DNA from: the human T2T-CHM13v2.0 reference genome, Homo sapiens | Reading direction: 5' to 3' (one strand) | Assembly: GCF_009914755.1 (NCBI RefSeq) | Contig: NC_060930.1 | Length of the DNA stretch: 64,000 nt | Shown here: one piece after another, positions 13,079 through 28,373 of the stretch | Numbering within the stretch: position 1 is the stretch's first letter | Layout of the letters: each line of letters opens with the position of its first letter | Notes under the pieces: model-generated | Database searches by the model: none | Seen by the model: the letters and a program-made list of their open reading frames with translations, nothing else | What the model was told of the DNA's origin: nothing | Program-made: the position numbers and the translations under genes

Positions 13079-14683
13079 AATATCATTACTTTAAATGCAA
13101 ACAATCTCAAGACCCCAGTTAAAGGAGAGGTGAGGGGCAAGACTGAGGGGTTGTAGAGGGAGTGTGTGAAGGAGTGACAGGATGGCTGTAAATGACTGCA
13201 TAGGAGATCACTGTGGTGTTGTAACTGTCCAGTACATGAACCTATACAGGTAATAACATTATATAGAGCTTAGTGCAAAGTAAGTCCAGGGATAGAGGGG
13301 GATTGTATAAATGTCAATATCCCAGCTATAACATTATACTATAATTTTGCTAAATGCAATATATTTTAACTTAAATCCATTTATCAAATAATAAAAACAA
13401 GGATAAACTCATATCTCCTGCCACATACAGGGGTAAACTTCTGGCCTTTGGAAAAGGGAGGAACGGAACATTTTCATAAATGTTTTGACATGATGGCCTT
13501 GTAGATCCATGAATGAGAATAATTGTCTAATCTTTCACCAGAAACTTTATACTATTTTCTTAATGCAAAAATGAGGTAGTGTTCCTCCACAGGAGGAATG
13601 ACTTGTCCCAACGAAGAAACATCCTTATAAATCCACAACAAAGTGATTTGAAATGCTCTATTACTATTGCCTTTTTAAATTAAACAGAATGAGAAAAGGA
13701 AAGATAGCTTGAGTGCTGTTTCAGACTAAAACGTTATTGCCACTTGCTTTGCAGATTTGAATTTTGCACTTTAGTTTGTGATTATTTGCAAGTTTTCCCT
13801 TGGCCTTTTTCTCTTACTGCCTATTGATTGAAGTTAATAGGAGTAATGTAGGTTATTGGATATTAGAGGCCCACATCATGGAACAACAACAGTTGTGGGA
13901 CCAGCAGTACAGCACACCATGAATAATAAACTGGCAAAAAACCTTCCTATATTTTCTTAATCAAATAAAAAAATGCACGGTGTATAGTAATTTTAACACA
14001 CATGACTACAATCATATTTTGCTATGTCCATAGTTCAGCATTCAATGTAGGAAAAAAATGCATCAACGGAGTCTCATGTCTGTATTATACCTCAAAGAAT
14101 TGGGCCTGTCATTATCTAAATTTTTAAAATCCCTTTTGAAAAATGAGATGAGTTCACAGTAGAGTCTTCTTTGGTTTAGAACCTAGATGAACAGTGTATT
14201 ACTACCTAGCCTTGAACAAAGAAGAGGCTGTCCAGTTCAGCTTTCTATCAAGTCCTTAGTGATATTTGCAGCACACTTAATATTCTGAACATTTTATCAT
14301 TTTATCAGTAAATTTAAAGAGGTCAAAAGACTACAAAGAGTACTAAACAGATTAACAGTTGCAATGCAGTCCCCATCTCATATAACAAAGTCTCATAGAA
14401 TCTATTATAGCATCCCTGGCTATCACGCTCATTGCCCTTCAGTGCTATATCTCTATTTGAGTAGAATTGTTTACTGGCCTGATTATACCTTCTTAGAGAC
14501 CCACAGAGCACAGTTCTCTTGTTTTCCTGGGAACACGCAATCTTTTTTTTTTGCCTTCATTAAGTACTTTCTGTGGGTTGAACCTTACTCTACGCTACCA
14601 TTATCTTCTAGCCCAACATTCTAATAGTGTAGGGTTTATGCTCAGTTATAGTTTTCTTAAGTGATTTTAAAAAGATATTTATC

Positions 14684-17365
<2,682 letters not shown>

Positions 17366-17899
17366 ATATATATATCAAAATGTGCTGGCACAACTGGGTG
17401 GGAGTCATGGTTACCTCTCTGAGTTATTGCATAACAATGAGAAACTGTTGTATGACATGCAAGACTTTCTCATACAGCATCACTATCAGTGAGCATTCAG
17501 CCTTTTCTTGAATATTCATAGTTATAGGCAGCTCACAATCAATGGCCACACTCTGAAAACGCCACTCACTCCATTTTCAAACAAATCTGTTAGGAAGCTC
17601 TTTAATTGAGTTCAAATCTGCCATATGCTCTAGTTTGACACCCAGCACAATACAGAGTAAACCTACACCATGGGCTACAACTTCAAATGCCAGTTAGTGG
17701 TGCTGTTTGGGAGTAATAAACATTTTGATAAAGACGTGAAAACAATATACATCTCCTATTAGAAAAGTACGGGGAAAGAAAGCTGGCGAAAGATTGCTGT
17801 GAAGATTGCTCAGTTGTTAAGGGATATGTTGAAAATAACAGAACGGTAAAAAAGAGAGCACATCTCTTGTACAATGGGCAACCTCTACTCATCCCTGGC

Positions 17900-18080
17900 T
17901 ATTGGCTGCTGTAAAGGGAGATAGAATTTCTAATTCTTCAAAGAATTGGAAGTCAGAAATCAAGATTTCTACACAAAATCTCATGACTTTAAGAGTTGGC
18001 TGCTAATTCAAAACATTTAAAAAATTTGTTTGGGCCAACAACACAGTGCATCTGTAGGCCACCATCCTACCACCTCCAGT
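17900..18080. mobile_element. hAT-Charlie MITE fragment (MER102-like)
   Basis: 'aaatctcatgactttaagagttggctgctaattcaaa...gggccaacaacaca...catctgtaggcc'. Confidence 0.5.
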
Positions 18081-18699
18081 CTGAAGCCTGCACTGTGTCA
18101 CAGCTGTGAGCCTTTGAAGACAGACAGTGGGTCTCTAGGGATATTTTTCTTCCAGATCAAATGACACCACCTTCATTGACCATTCTGTATATAAGGATTC
18201 CAAACTTCTATCTATCCTGAATGATCTTCTGACTTGTTCTGATTTGCTAGAAACCTTCCTGAAGTGCAGGATTGAGAGAGAGAGAGCCCAAAAAGGATCT
18301 GATCTGCAGGACAGCATGGCTGTTCTAGACCTACACAGCATCTTTTCTTACGGGCCTCTCTTCCACCAGCCTCTGTGTGTGTTTTTAAAAATCTATGATG
18401 AGGATACTCTTGGAGTCCTATTTCTTTCTCATCACAGTAAAGGTGTGATCTAAATGTTGTTGTTGCTTACCAACCTTCTCATCTCTGGCTGTAAATTCAT
18501 ACCATTTTGTCCTGGAAAAATTTTGAGATCTATATTCCAAAAGCAGAAATGCCATCATTTTTATGCTCACCAAGGCAAATTTGTATTTTCTGAAGCCTCT
18601 GTTTTCCTAGAATTTTCTTAAGGATAACTTCTCTCTAAATATTCTGATTGCTTCCGGTTCAAAAATCAAATATGGCTTTTATGTTTAAGAAGTATGTTG

Positions 18700-19068
18700 T
18701 TGTTATGCACTAGGCCTTTAACATACATTATCTTTTTTAATTGTTCCAACAACCCCATGAAGTATTTATTTTTCACTTAAAAAATTCATAAAGTCTAGTC
18801 AAGTGAAGTAGTGGGAGTGAAGAAGGAACTGTAACTAGTTAAGAAACTGGTTAAGTAACTGGTTAAGATCAATTAGTTGTTAACACCACTGCACTCAGAC
18901 CAGTCCCCATGAAATATTATCTCAGTTCTGTTCTCTCAGACCGGTGGGAAGACAGGCTTGGAAAGACTAAGAAAATAGCCTATGGCCAAATAGCCAATAA
19001 GTATAAAAGTCAGGAATTAAAACCTGGCTGTCTGATTTTAAAGGCTGGACTATTTCCACCATACCACT
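18700..19068 (-). mobile_element. MIR SINE split by a Y RNA retrocopy
   Basis: 'gcactaggcctttaacatacattatc...caacaaccccatgaag' resumes after 18905 as 'tattatc...caggaattaaaacctggctgtctga...ccaccataccac'. Confidence 0.7.
18790..18905 (-). pseudogene. RNY3P: Y3 RNA (Ro RNP) retropseudogene
   Basis: The reverse complement reads gactggtctgagtgcagtggtgttaacaactaattgatc...ttccttcttcactcccactacttcacttgactagacttt, matching both stem strands of hY3 (ggctggtccgagtgcagtggtgtttacaactaattgatc...cccactgcttcacttgactagcc). TSD ccccatgaa(g/a)tatt at 18753-18766 and 18905-18918. Confidence 0.92.
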
Positions 19069-19444
19069 TGTCTAATTCTTTCTTGTTGGTTAGAATTAAG
19101 CCTTTGTGTTAGTTCCATTCATTGTTTATCTTTTGAGACATTTATTTGTTAACAGATGTTCAGCTTTATGCCAAACAGGATAAGGCTTACCACAGCTGTC
19201 GGGGGAGTTAAAATCCTCCAACACTTTGGAGTTTGCCTCTGTGCAATATAATCCCTATATGTTCTCTATTGCTTGAAACACATTGGGAATAAATGAGCAC
19301 TCAAAACCCATTTTACAATTTCACCACAAGTAAGTACAACCTGAGTTGCAAACAATAAATAGAAATGAGTATTTTCAGAACTTCAGTCAATCCAGAGTTA
19401 GGAATTGCCGGCTTAAAAATGATTTTGAATAATGATTTATGTTT

Positions 19445-19948
19445 ACAGCAGACACTACTGGCTACCTTCTATCTATTTTCTTCTTTTTTACAAAAGAACC
19501 ACAGTTTTGTTCAGGGCGACAATGTATGCCCAATTTAAAACAGAGACTTTTTTCAGCCTACCTTACAGTTGCAGTGTGGTCTTGTGACTTAGTTCCCGGC
19601 CAATGAGAGGTAGACAGAGCGTGCTGGCTGTGGCTTCATTCAGGAAAATATAAGAAGAGGTAGTCTCGCTTAGCCTGTATCTTTTGCTCTTCACCCTTCT
19701 CCTTCTTCTGCCTGGAATGCAGTACAATGGTGAAGGTAGAGCAGCCACTTTGCCACCATGAGGCAACAATCGTGAAAATAAAAGTCACATGTTAGGGGTG
19801 GCTGAAAGCAGAAAGAGCCTGAATCCCTGATGGCATTGTGGAGACAATGAACTGTCTAGTTACACACTTGTTATGTAAAAAGCACTAGACCCTTATTTGT
19901 AAATTGAATTTTCAGTTACAGGCAGCCAAAACTATTCCTAATCGTTAT
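19445..19948 (+). mobile_element. MLT1 (MLT1J-like) MaLR LTR
   Basis: 'gtgtggtcttgtgacttagttcccggccaatgagag', 'tgcctggaatgcag...gcagccactttgccaccatgagg', end 'gttacaggcagccaaaactattcctaa'. Confidence 0.75.
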
Positions 19949-22941
19949 TACCCTGACCCACACTTTACAAGTACTAGATATAGCTTTTTGTATTACCAAA
20001 GTGATAAAATCCCATATGCCAAACGTAGCCCTTTTGTGTCTCTCCATGATGTATCTGGCAACTTAGTGAATCCTCAACATCAGGCAGGTTTGCCGAAAAG
20101 GTCAATGATTCCATGACCTCTCCATAGATTGAAAGTCTATGAAAGTAAAGACAATTTCCACATGGTTCACTGTTGTACATAAGATCCTGCTGGTGACATG
20201 CATAGAAAGTTAAATACTTGTCCAAGAGATTAATAAATGGATGAACAAATGAGCTGACAGTCTAGTGAGGGAGATTATCAAGTAAATAGATTACAATAAG
20301 GGAATCAAATTTTGGTTAACGTAACTGTAGAGCTCCCTGGAGATTATTTTCAAACTGGAGCATGAAAATTGAAGAGCAACTAGCAAGGTAAAAAGTACAG
20401 GGAGAAATTTCTGAGGTTAGGGAGTGATAGCAAATGACTGAGAACTGTGTAGTTTTACAGGCCTTAGTGTAGAATCCAAGGAGACTTGGTAGGAGCTACA
20501 GGCTGGGGAGGCAAGGAGGAGTTAGATCACGAAGGGCCTGAGACATCCTACCACATAGCACCTTCTTCTGGGTTAGTCTGGGCTAGTTGTAGCTGATAAA
20601 CTGTTTTCAAAGTCCTCTCAATTTCTCCATTTGCAATCATCAATTTTAGCCTTGACATTGTAAGCGTTTTTTAAGACTGGATGATACAAACACCTCCGAC
20701 CACATTACAATGACTTCAGCTATTTTTATTCCTATTCCACAAACCTATAACATGCAACGTGAATGCATCTACCAGTGGCTTTAAGAACATCTCTTCTACT
20801 ATTGAGGTGAGATATGTTTGAAAGACCTCCCTGAGTTAAAAGCTTTAGGGATTGACAGGCAGTTCCATCCCCTTCATTTAGAAACCCTTTGTGCCATAGC
20901 TGTCTTCCCCACAACCTGTGAGGTTTCTTGTTGCGGCTACAGCAGCTGTGGTTGAACATTTCTCTGGCTTCCTGTCTTAATAGGGCTTTGTGGTGTGCTG
21001 CATTGCCTCTATATACATACGCTTCCAGTTTGCCCCTGTTAGAGCAGACAAAAAGCAACTGAAAGCAGCAGGTTAATATTTGCCCATGAATGGGGTGAAG
21101 GTCAAATAAGCAAGTCAGTATTTTTCTCCATTTTTTCCTACCTGTTCCCTCACCTCCCTAACTTATCAACCATCTTTTCAATTGTTCTCTTCTACATCGG
21201 CATTCCTCCAAGAGGTTTGGGCCATTTATTGTTGAATCTGATGTACCTTCAACCCCCAGGGAATCTGGGGTGCAGGGAGCTAGCCTGGTCTTCCTGTGAA
21301 CCACGTCCACTCATCACAAAGCTTAATTGGGAAAGAAAAAAAAATGATTTGAACATAAACTCACCCTTTCCTCATGTCTCTAATGAATGCATGCTCCTTT
21401 GCATATTTATAATATGCTGTATTTATCATACACTGTATGGGCAATAAAACCCGGCTCCTTTCATAAAGGCTCTTGGACTGAATGATGGAAGCAATGTGAG
21501 GATTTCGGATTTCAGTTTGCTTTCCCATTGGCTGCCATATAACTTTAAGTCAGTTTTGTATTTCCATTAAAAAAAAGTGATTAAAAGCTCAAAAGCTAAT
21601 AAATGTTTCTGATCTCATTGTAGATTTTCTATTTCTTTTCAGAAGTAAATAATGGGGAGGAAATCATTACATGCATAAGCGAGAAATTATTTCTAAAGTT
21701 AAATTATTTCTAATCTAGTTAACAGCTATTATAATGAATAGATTCGCCCAAAAATTTTCAGTGTCACATATGGGGATACAAATTCCTTTGTTTTTGTAAT
21801 AGTGGGTTTCTTTTTTGTATCTTAATGACAAATTTGCATTTTGACCCTGCCTTGTAGCTGATAGTCCAATTTATATATCTGATTACATTTACTGATGACA
21901 GTTTTCTGTCACATTTCAACAGCTAATATTCTTCTTAATGAAAATTTAAGGGTGTGAAACAAATGTTTCTGATGCCCCGTCCCCCTCAACACATTTATAG
22001 GTCAGTCTGCTTCTAAAAATATTAGTCTGCTTTTTCCTACTCCTAAACAATGTTTTTAAAAATTCACATGAAACATTTTTCTAATTTTTGTTGCCAACAA
22101 GTGTAGATCTCTGCAGACTTTGTTTCCTGCTGTTAATATGCATTATTCAAAAAGCAACGATTGGATTGATGTGGTTCCGTTGTACAGGAAGTGGCATTTA
22201 TGTATAATCCATGTACTGCTTTTTAAAAATGTAAAATGGTGAAATTCAATACAAATGACAGTCAAGTCTAGTCTCTCAATGGAATCTTTAGTTCTTGTCA
22301 TCAAAAATCATCAAAAATATTGAATGGTTTACTTAGCAGCTAAATAACAGTGAAAAAATACTCAATAGCACATTTATACCTTCTTAGGAGTATTCCATTT
22401 ACATTTTTAAGCCCTCTCTGTCCCTGACACCCAGGGCTTACTCTCCTGCAGCTCTCAGAAAGTCCACGGTGAGCTGCACTGACAGTCGTCTGGGCTTGGT
22501 CCACCATTACACCTCCACACTCTCTTTCTCCTTCTAGTGCAGCCTTCCTCGGTCAGGCCAGCCACCAGGGTGGAAATCATTTCAAGACAGGTTTGAAACT
22601 AGTGACTCCCATTACTCAAGCCTTACAGAGACTCCAAATTGGGTTTTATACACGAGTCATTCATTAACTCATTCCCACAACAATAATTATTGAGGACAAC
22701 TGTTAAATACTTTTGTTTAATGACTCTTATCGCTAGCTAAACCACTTCCAAAAACTGATTTTTCTTCATCATTGCTCTCATCTGTTCCCAAATTTTTCCT
22801 TCATTAAAAAACAAAACAAAACAAAACAAAAACACCTCCAAGCTTCATTTCTTTTCCTCTCTGTGGGGAGGTAAGGAATTTAGTCTCCTCTGAAACAAGC
22901 AAATTCCTTACCCTCATGCTCCACATGTCCCTTTCTGATTA

Positions 22942-23369
22942 CAGTTGACCCTTGAACATGACGGTTAGAGGGATGACCCCCTGTGCAGAAAATTTATATA
23001 TAACTTTTGACTCCCCAAAAACTTAACTTCTAATACCTTACTGTTGACTACAAGCCTTACTAATAACATAATTGATTGACACGTTTTATATGTTATATGT
23101 ATTACATACTGTATTCTTATAATAAAGTAAGCTAAAGAAAATTAAATGTATTAAGAAAATCATAAGGAAGAGGAAATATATTTACTATTCATTAAGTGGA
23201 AGTGGATCATTGTAAAGGTCTTCATCCTTGTTATCTTCATGTTGAGTAGGCTGAGGACAGGGCAGAAGAGGAGAGGTTGGTCATGTCTCAGGAGTGGCAG
23301 AGGAGTAAGAAAATCCTCATACAAGTGGACCCACTCAGTTCAAACCTGGTCTTATTTGAGGGTCAACTG
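22942..23369. mobile_element. Tigger2a (TcMar-Tigger) DNA transposon, complete
   Basis: Terminal inverted repeats cagttgaccctt / gagggtcaactg; TA duplication at 22940-22941 and 23370-23371; 428 bp. Confidence 0.9.
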
Positions 23370-24129
23370 TATATTGATGTTTATATTTAGGCTTCCTTAT
23401 GTGTTAAGTGTTTTGGAGTTAAAGAGACCACTGTGTCCAAAAAAAGTGCCCTACACAGAATAATCAACCAATATTATTGATTCTCTAAAGGGGAGAATAG
23501 ATCGGTTATCATTAAGTTGCCACTGAAATATAAAACAAAGTTTTATAGTTCGAGTAATCAACATTTTGTGTAAAACACATTTGTTTCAAAGTAAAACCTT
23601 ATAGGCAGCATTAGTTGAATTTTCAATTTGATTATGTGTGCTCTGTTGAAATTCTTTATTTGTATACTCTCCCAGTAAAAACTAGCCAAATAACCCCTGT
23701 GACATGCTTGTGAAATAGTTATTGGCTTTAGAACTCATCAGTGAAAACGGATTGGATTTTCTAGTTCAATTCCAGGGACAAAATACCTACCAATGCCACT
23801 GTGACTAAAATAAGTGATTATCCTCTAGGCTAGTGACAGTGAGGAAGAATTAGATTCATGTTTGTCTACTACATTTATGTAAGTGTGGAGGAGAATATCG
23901 ATTGAATAGAGAAAGGATTGAATACATTAGCATAATTTTCTTTGGGCAATTTTTGTGTGTATAAACAATTTCATTGCATTAAGATAACACAATTACACAA
24001 TATTTCAAACAATATATAAAAGTATATTACAGATAAAAAGTATTCCATCCCTGTGTTCCAGCCTTCCACATACTCTTCTCAAAAACATCGTTGCTACCAG
24101 CTTTTTGCTGTATCATATTTTTTTGCTTC

Positions 24130-24405
24130 TTTCAATAAGACTTATCTTGACCACTCTATTTAAAATGTTAACCCACTTAGGCTCTCAAACCCCGTATCAC
24201 ATATCATGCTTCGTTTTTTCTGTTATAAATTTTTATCCCCTTCTAACATACATATTATTGACTTATTATGATTTGTCTATCGTCTGTCTTTCACACTAGA
24301 AACCAAGTTGTGTGAGTACTGGGAGGTTGTATATTTTATTCATATGCTTAAAGCAGCTATTCATACTCAACAAATATTTGTCAAATTGAGTGGATAAATG
24401 GCTGA
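24130..24405 (+). mobile_element. L2 3' end
   Basis: 'tcttgaccactctatttaaaat...tctgtctttcacactaga...actcaacaaatatttgtcaaattgagtggataaatg'. Confidence 0.65.
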
Positions 24406-24479
24406 ATATATCCTGGAAATTTCATGCCTAATGAAGTAAATGTATGTGTGTCTCCCTTAATTCCTAACCATTTACCCCA

Positions 24480-25080
24480 AAACTTAATATAGTTATAAAA
24501 TATTATGAATTTCGCTTCCTTTCTCAAATAAAATTTCCCAAGATTTTTTCAAATTAGTACATTTACACCTGCATTATCCTTTTTAAACAGCTACATGGGA
24601 ATTGACTGCCTCCAACAAAATTTATTTTACCACTCCACTCTTGATGGACAAGTTGTTCAAAGTGATTTGCTACTTGCAAACAATGTCATAATAAATATCC
24701 TTATATAAATCTTTATGAATATATAACATTATGTCTGTAGAGTATATTTTCTTCACAAAATACGTACCTTTTAAATTGTGATGAATATCATCAATATCTT
24801 CACAAGGAGACTCTCCAGTTTACTAAGAAGGATTATCAATATGCCTATTATTCAATCATTAACTAACTTGCTATGTTATGAAAAATCCGATGGGTGAAGA
24901 TGATATATAAGCACACTTTAATCTGGATTTCTCACATTATGGATAATGCTTATCATCTTTTCATAAGATCTGTTGAGTATTGCTCATCCTTTTCTCATTG
25001 ATATTAAGAACTCTTTGTTTATTAAGAAAATTAGTTCTTGGTTGGTCTTCTTTTCATTTATCTTTCATACGTTTTTGTGT
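24480..25080 (-). mobile_element. Ancient L1ME-like fragment
   Basis: Degenerate 'ccactcttgatggaca...tttgctac...aaacaatg...aaatatccttatata' typical of reverse L1M. Confidence 0.45.
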
Positions 25081-25185
25081 TTCATGCCTTAAAGAGGTCT
25101 TTTAGTTTTTTTAATAAAAAATACAATGTATTTTAAAATAGATTCTGAGTCTTAGTCAAGATTTGTATATGGCCTCACAAAATAA

Positions 25186-25761
25186 TTTTTCAGCTTTTAT
25201 TTTAGAATCAAGGGGTACATGTACAATTTGTTACAAATGTACACTGTGTGATGCTGAGGTCTTGGGTATGACTGAACTCGTCACCCAGGTAGTGAGCCTA
25301 GTGCCCAGTAGTTAGTTTTTCAGCCCTTCTGCCCCCTCCCTCCCTCTCCAATAGTCCCCAGCCAATGTCATACTGAAGGGGCAAAAGTCAGAAGCATTCC
25401 CCTTGAGAACTGGGAAACAGGGATGCCCACTCTCACCACGTTTATTCAACAGAGTACTGGAAGTCCTAGCCAGAGAAATCAGACAAGAGAAAGAAATAAA
25501 AGGCATCCAAATAGGAAAAGAAGACGTCGAACTATCTCTCTTCACATACTATATAATTTTATACCTAGAAAACCCTAAAGACTCCACCAAAAGTCTCCTA
25601 AAACTGAGAACCTCAGTAGAGTTTCAGAATACACAAATCGATGGACAAAAATCAGTAACATTTCTATATACCAATAATGTTCAAGCTGAGTGCCAAATTA
25701 AGAATGTGATCCCCTTTAAAATAGCACACACACAAAATAAAACATCTAAGGATGCATCTAA
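25186..25761 (-). mobile_element. LINE-1 (L1PA15/16-like) with 5' inversion: minus-strand 3' UTR (25186-25361) fused to a plus-strand ORF2 RT fragment (25359-25761)
   Basis: 'cttttattttagaatcaaggggtacatg...tgtgtgatgctgaggt...tagtccccag' is followed immediately by 'ccaatgtcatactga...'; ORF 25403 reads [35 protein letters not shown]...YLENPKDS. Confidence 0.88.
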
Positions 25762-25814
25762 ATTTTTTATAATCCCCACGTTAATTCTAGTACTCCCATA
25801 ATTTTTGCGATTGT

Positions 25815-26077
25815 CTTTATTTTCCCCCTAGCTTGAGGTATAATTGGCAAATAAAAATTGTATATATTTACAGTATATATGTTTTCATATATATGTACAT
25901 TGTGAAATGATTACACAATCAAGCTAATTAACATATTCACTTTACATAGTTAACATTTTTGTGGTGAGAATATTTAAGATCTACTCTTTTAGCAATTTTC
26001 AAGTATACAATACATTATTATTTACTTTAGTCATCATGGTGGAAAATAAATCTCCAAGACTTATTCATCTTGTCTAT
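25815..26077 (-). mobile_element. LINE-1 3' end (L1MA8/9-like)
   Basis: 'ttgaggtataattggcaaataaaaattgtatatattta...cattgtgaaatgattac...gtggtgagaatatttaagatctactcttttagcaattttcaagtatacaatac'. Confidence 0.85.
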
Positions 26078-28037
26078 TTTGATTGATTTTTAAGCCCTGT
26101 ATCAAACTACTTTTGGTAAGAGTTCTTAACTAGTAAGTATATTTCTTTTCATAATTTACAAAAGTTTAGCAGTTTTCAGATATACTCATGTAACTAAAGA
26201 TGCATTTTAAAAACAGAATGGAGATTTTATCATCCAAGAAAGTAGTTATGAATTAAAGTACTAAAAACAGAAGTCTTTTAAAAATATGTATATTGTTCAT
26301 AATAGTTCTATGTCTGAAAATATAAACCACCCTACTTCAAAGGAAGCTACTCTATAGTGCTTAAGTGGAATGAAATATGAATAAATGCTTCAAAACTCTA
26401 CAACTTAAGAAAGAGTAGGTGATAAAAGGTATAAAGCTGTACTTTGAATACATAGTTTGTCTTAGAGTAGATTAACCACTCATCTTGCAATGAAACTGAA
26501 AAGGTATTTTAAAAAAGAAACCAAGCCAGGAAAAACCCCAACAATTCCCAAAGTTCACCTTAATGCATATCAGGCTTCATTTTATGTTATTAAAGCAAAA
26601 ATACTGCAAGACACCAATAAATAAAAGTACAGGCTTCTGTGCTCTTGAATTAACATGTTACATAATTTACAGCCATATTGTGGTTTAGTTCTTTTAGCTC
26701 CAGAAGGAAATTGAGATGTTTTCTTCCAATCTTACAGGATTACAGGAAGCAAAAATTGAAAAAACATTGATAATTTAAATAATATAAATATATTTAAGTG
26801 TTTAGGGTTTTTGCACCCTAAATTACTGTGACAGGCTAATGTTTCTTCTCTATCTCAATGGAACCCTAAAGATTTCTCTTCTGGAGAGGATAAAAAAGGG
26901 TTTCTGGACTGGGGAACACCAGGCTCAGTTGAGGAGGCACTGCTATTGGGAAACAGGAGGATTAAATAAGAGTTATGTAAGGAACAGTGTCGACACATTT
27001 AACAGGAGACTAGAAAAGACGTCTCTGGGTAATTTAATTACCTGCAGGGAAAACATTTAAGGATACAGACATCCAAGTTCTCAAAAGAATGTCCCAGCCA
27101 GCTACTTCTCCACTGAAGACTAGAGTTGACAAGCCCAATACCCCTCCAGCATTCTAGGGGGTTTGGAGGAGGGCATCAAACGTGAAAAACTGTGGCCCAA
27201 AATGGGGAAAAAGCAGTTTGAAGAAAACAAAGTCTAAAGAACGTAAAAAAAAAATAATAATAATAATAACAACAAGCAAAAACCCTCACACAATTATACA
27301 GGGAAAATAAAGTGTCTTCAAGAAAGGAATGGTATGCCTAGTATACTGCATAGCTCGGCTATCTACATCATCTACATATTTATACTCATTTAAACACCAA
27401 ATATTAATATAAATAAATTCTTTATGTCTATACCAGCAGGTATAGTGATCCCTAACTTTTTTAAATCATAATTTTTAATGTAGCAGCTGGGAGGTAGACG
27501 CCTCATTAATCAGTTAAAGATGTGAAAGAGTCTGTCTCTGAGGAGCAGGAGGGAGCTAGGATTGAGGGGCTGCGAGGTTTAGTCAATACGACTTATTGGA
27601 CTACTTGATTCCTTAAGTTCTATAGCACTTACAATACATGAGATATTTTTAAAAGTAAATTTTTAAAATAAACTAAATGAAAACTGTTTGCAGCCAGAAA
27701 AGAGGTGAGAAGAAACTAGCTTCTTCTAAAAAATATATTGTATCTATTCCCTTGCACGGGGCGGGGATGTCTCTTTTGGATTACAATATGACAGGGATGT
27801 GGCTGGTGCTTTGTTTTAAACATCATATCTTTGAACACACTGTTGTATAAGTATCCACAGAAACTCTGTTAGCTTGGGGAGCAACACAAATGTCTTTGTA
27901 GTTTCTTTGTCTCAATCAGGTTAGAGATCCTTGGAATATTACCAGTCAGCATCTACAAACCACAGTGGGGTGACTTCTGTTTGAAGGGTTGGGATCTGTA
28001 ATCCTTATAAATCAGATACTGTTGACATTGCCTAAGT

Positions 28038-28373
28038 CAGCGGTCCCCAACCTTTTTGGCAGTAAGGACCAGTTTCGTGGAAGACAATTTTTCCACAGGA
28101 TGGGGCAGGGATGGTTTCAGGATTAAACTGTTCCACCTCAGATCACCAGACATTAGATTCTCATAAGGAATGCACAAACCTAGGTTCCTCACATGCGCAG
28201 TTCACAACAGGATTCGCGTTCCTGTGTGAATCTAATGCCGCCGGTGATCTGGCAGGAGGCCGAGCTCAGGTGGTAATGCTCGCTTGCCAGCCAACCGCCT
28301 CCTGCTGTGCAGCCCAGTTCCTAACAGGCCACGGACTGGTAGCGGTTCACAGCCCAGGGGTTGGGGACCCCTG
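28038..28373. mobile_element. MER1B hAT-Charlie DNA transposon, complete
   Basis: TIRs cagcggtccccaacc / ggttggggacccctg; perfect 8-bp TSD gcctaagt at 28030-28037 and 28374-28381. Confidence 0.95.

Larger units (their letters stand above)
10280..13360 (+). mobile_element. Old LINE-1 (L1MD-like): 5' region and ORF1 remnant, ORF2 start joined to 3' UTR; interrupted by THE1 and L1MA
   Basis: ORF1-type text 'cagatgttggaattctctgacaaagattttaaa', 'aacagagcctcagggacctgtag', 'aaaatatccttcaggaatgag'. ORF2 start 'aaaatggcagacttaag'. L1MD-type 3' UTR 'aatgtcaatatcccagctataacattatactataattttgc'. The 5' boundary is uncertain. Confidence 0.7.

Noticed and set aside
18832-18867. Short direct repeats as a CRISPR-like or minisatellite array
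   Set aside because: Only three adjacent 12-nt units with no spacers, lying inside a Y RNA pseudogene in eukaryotic DNA.
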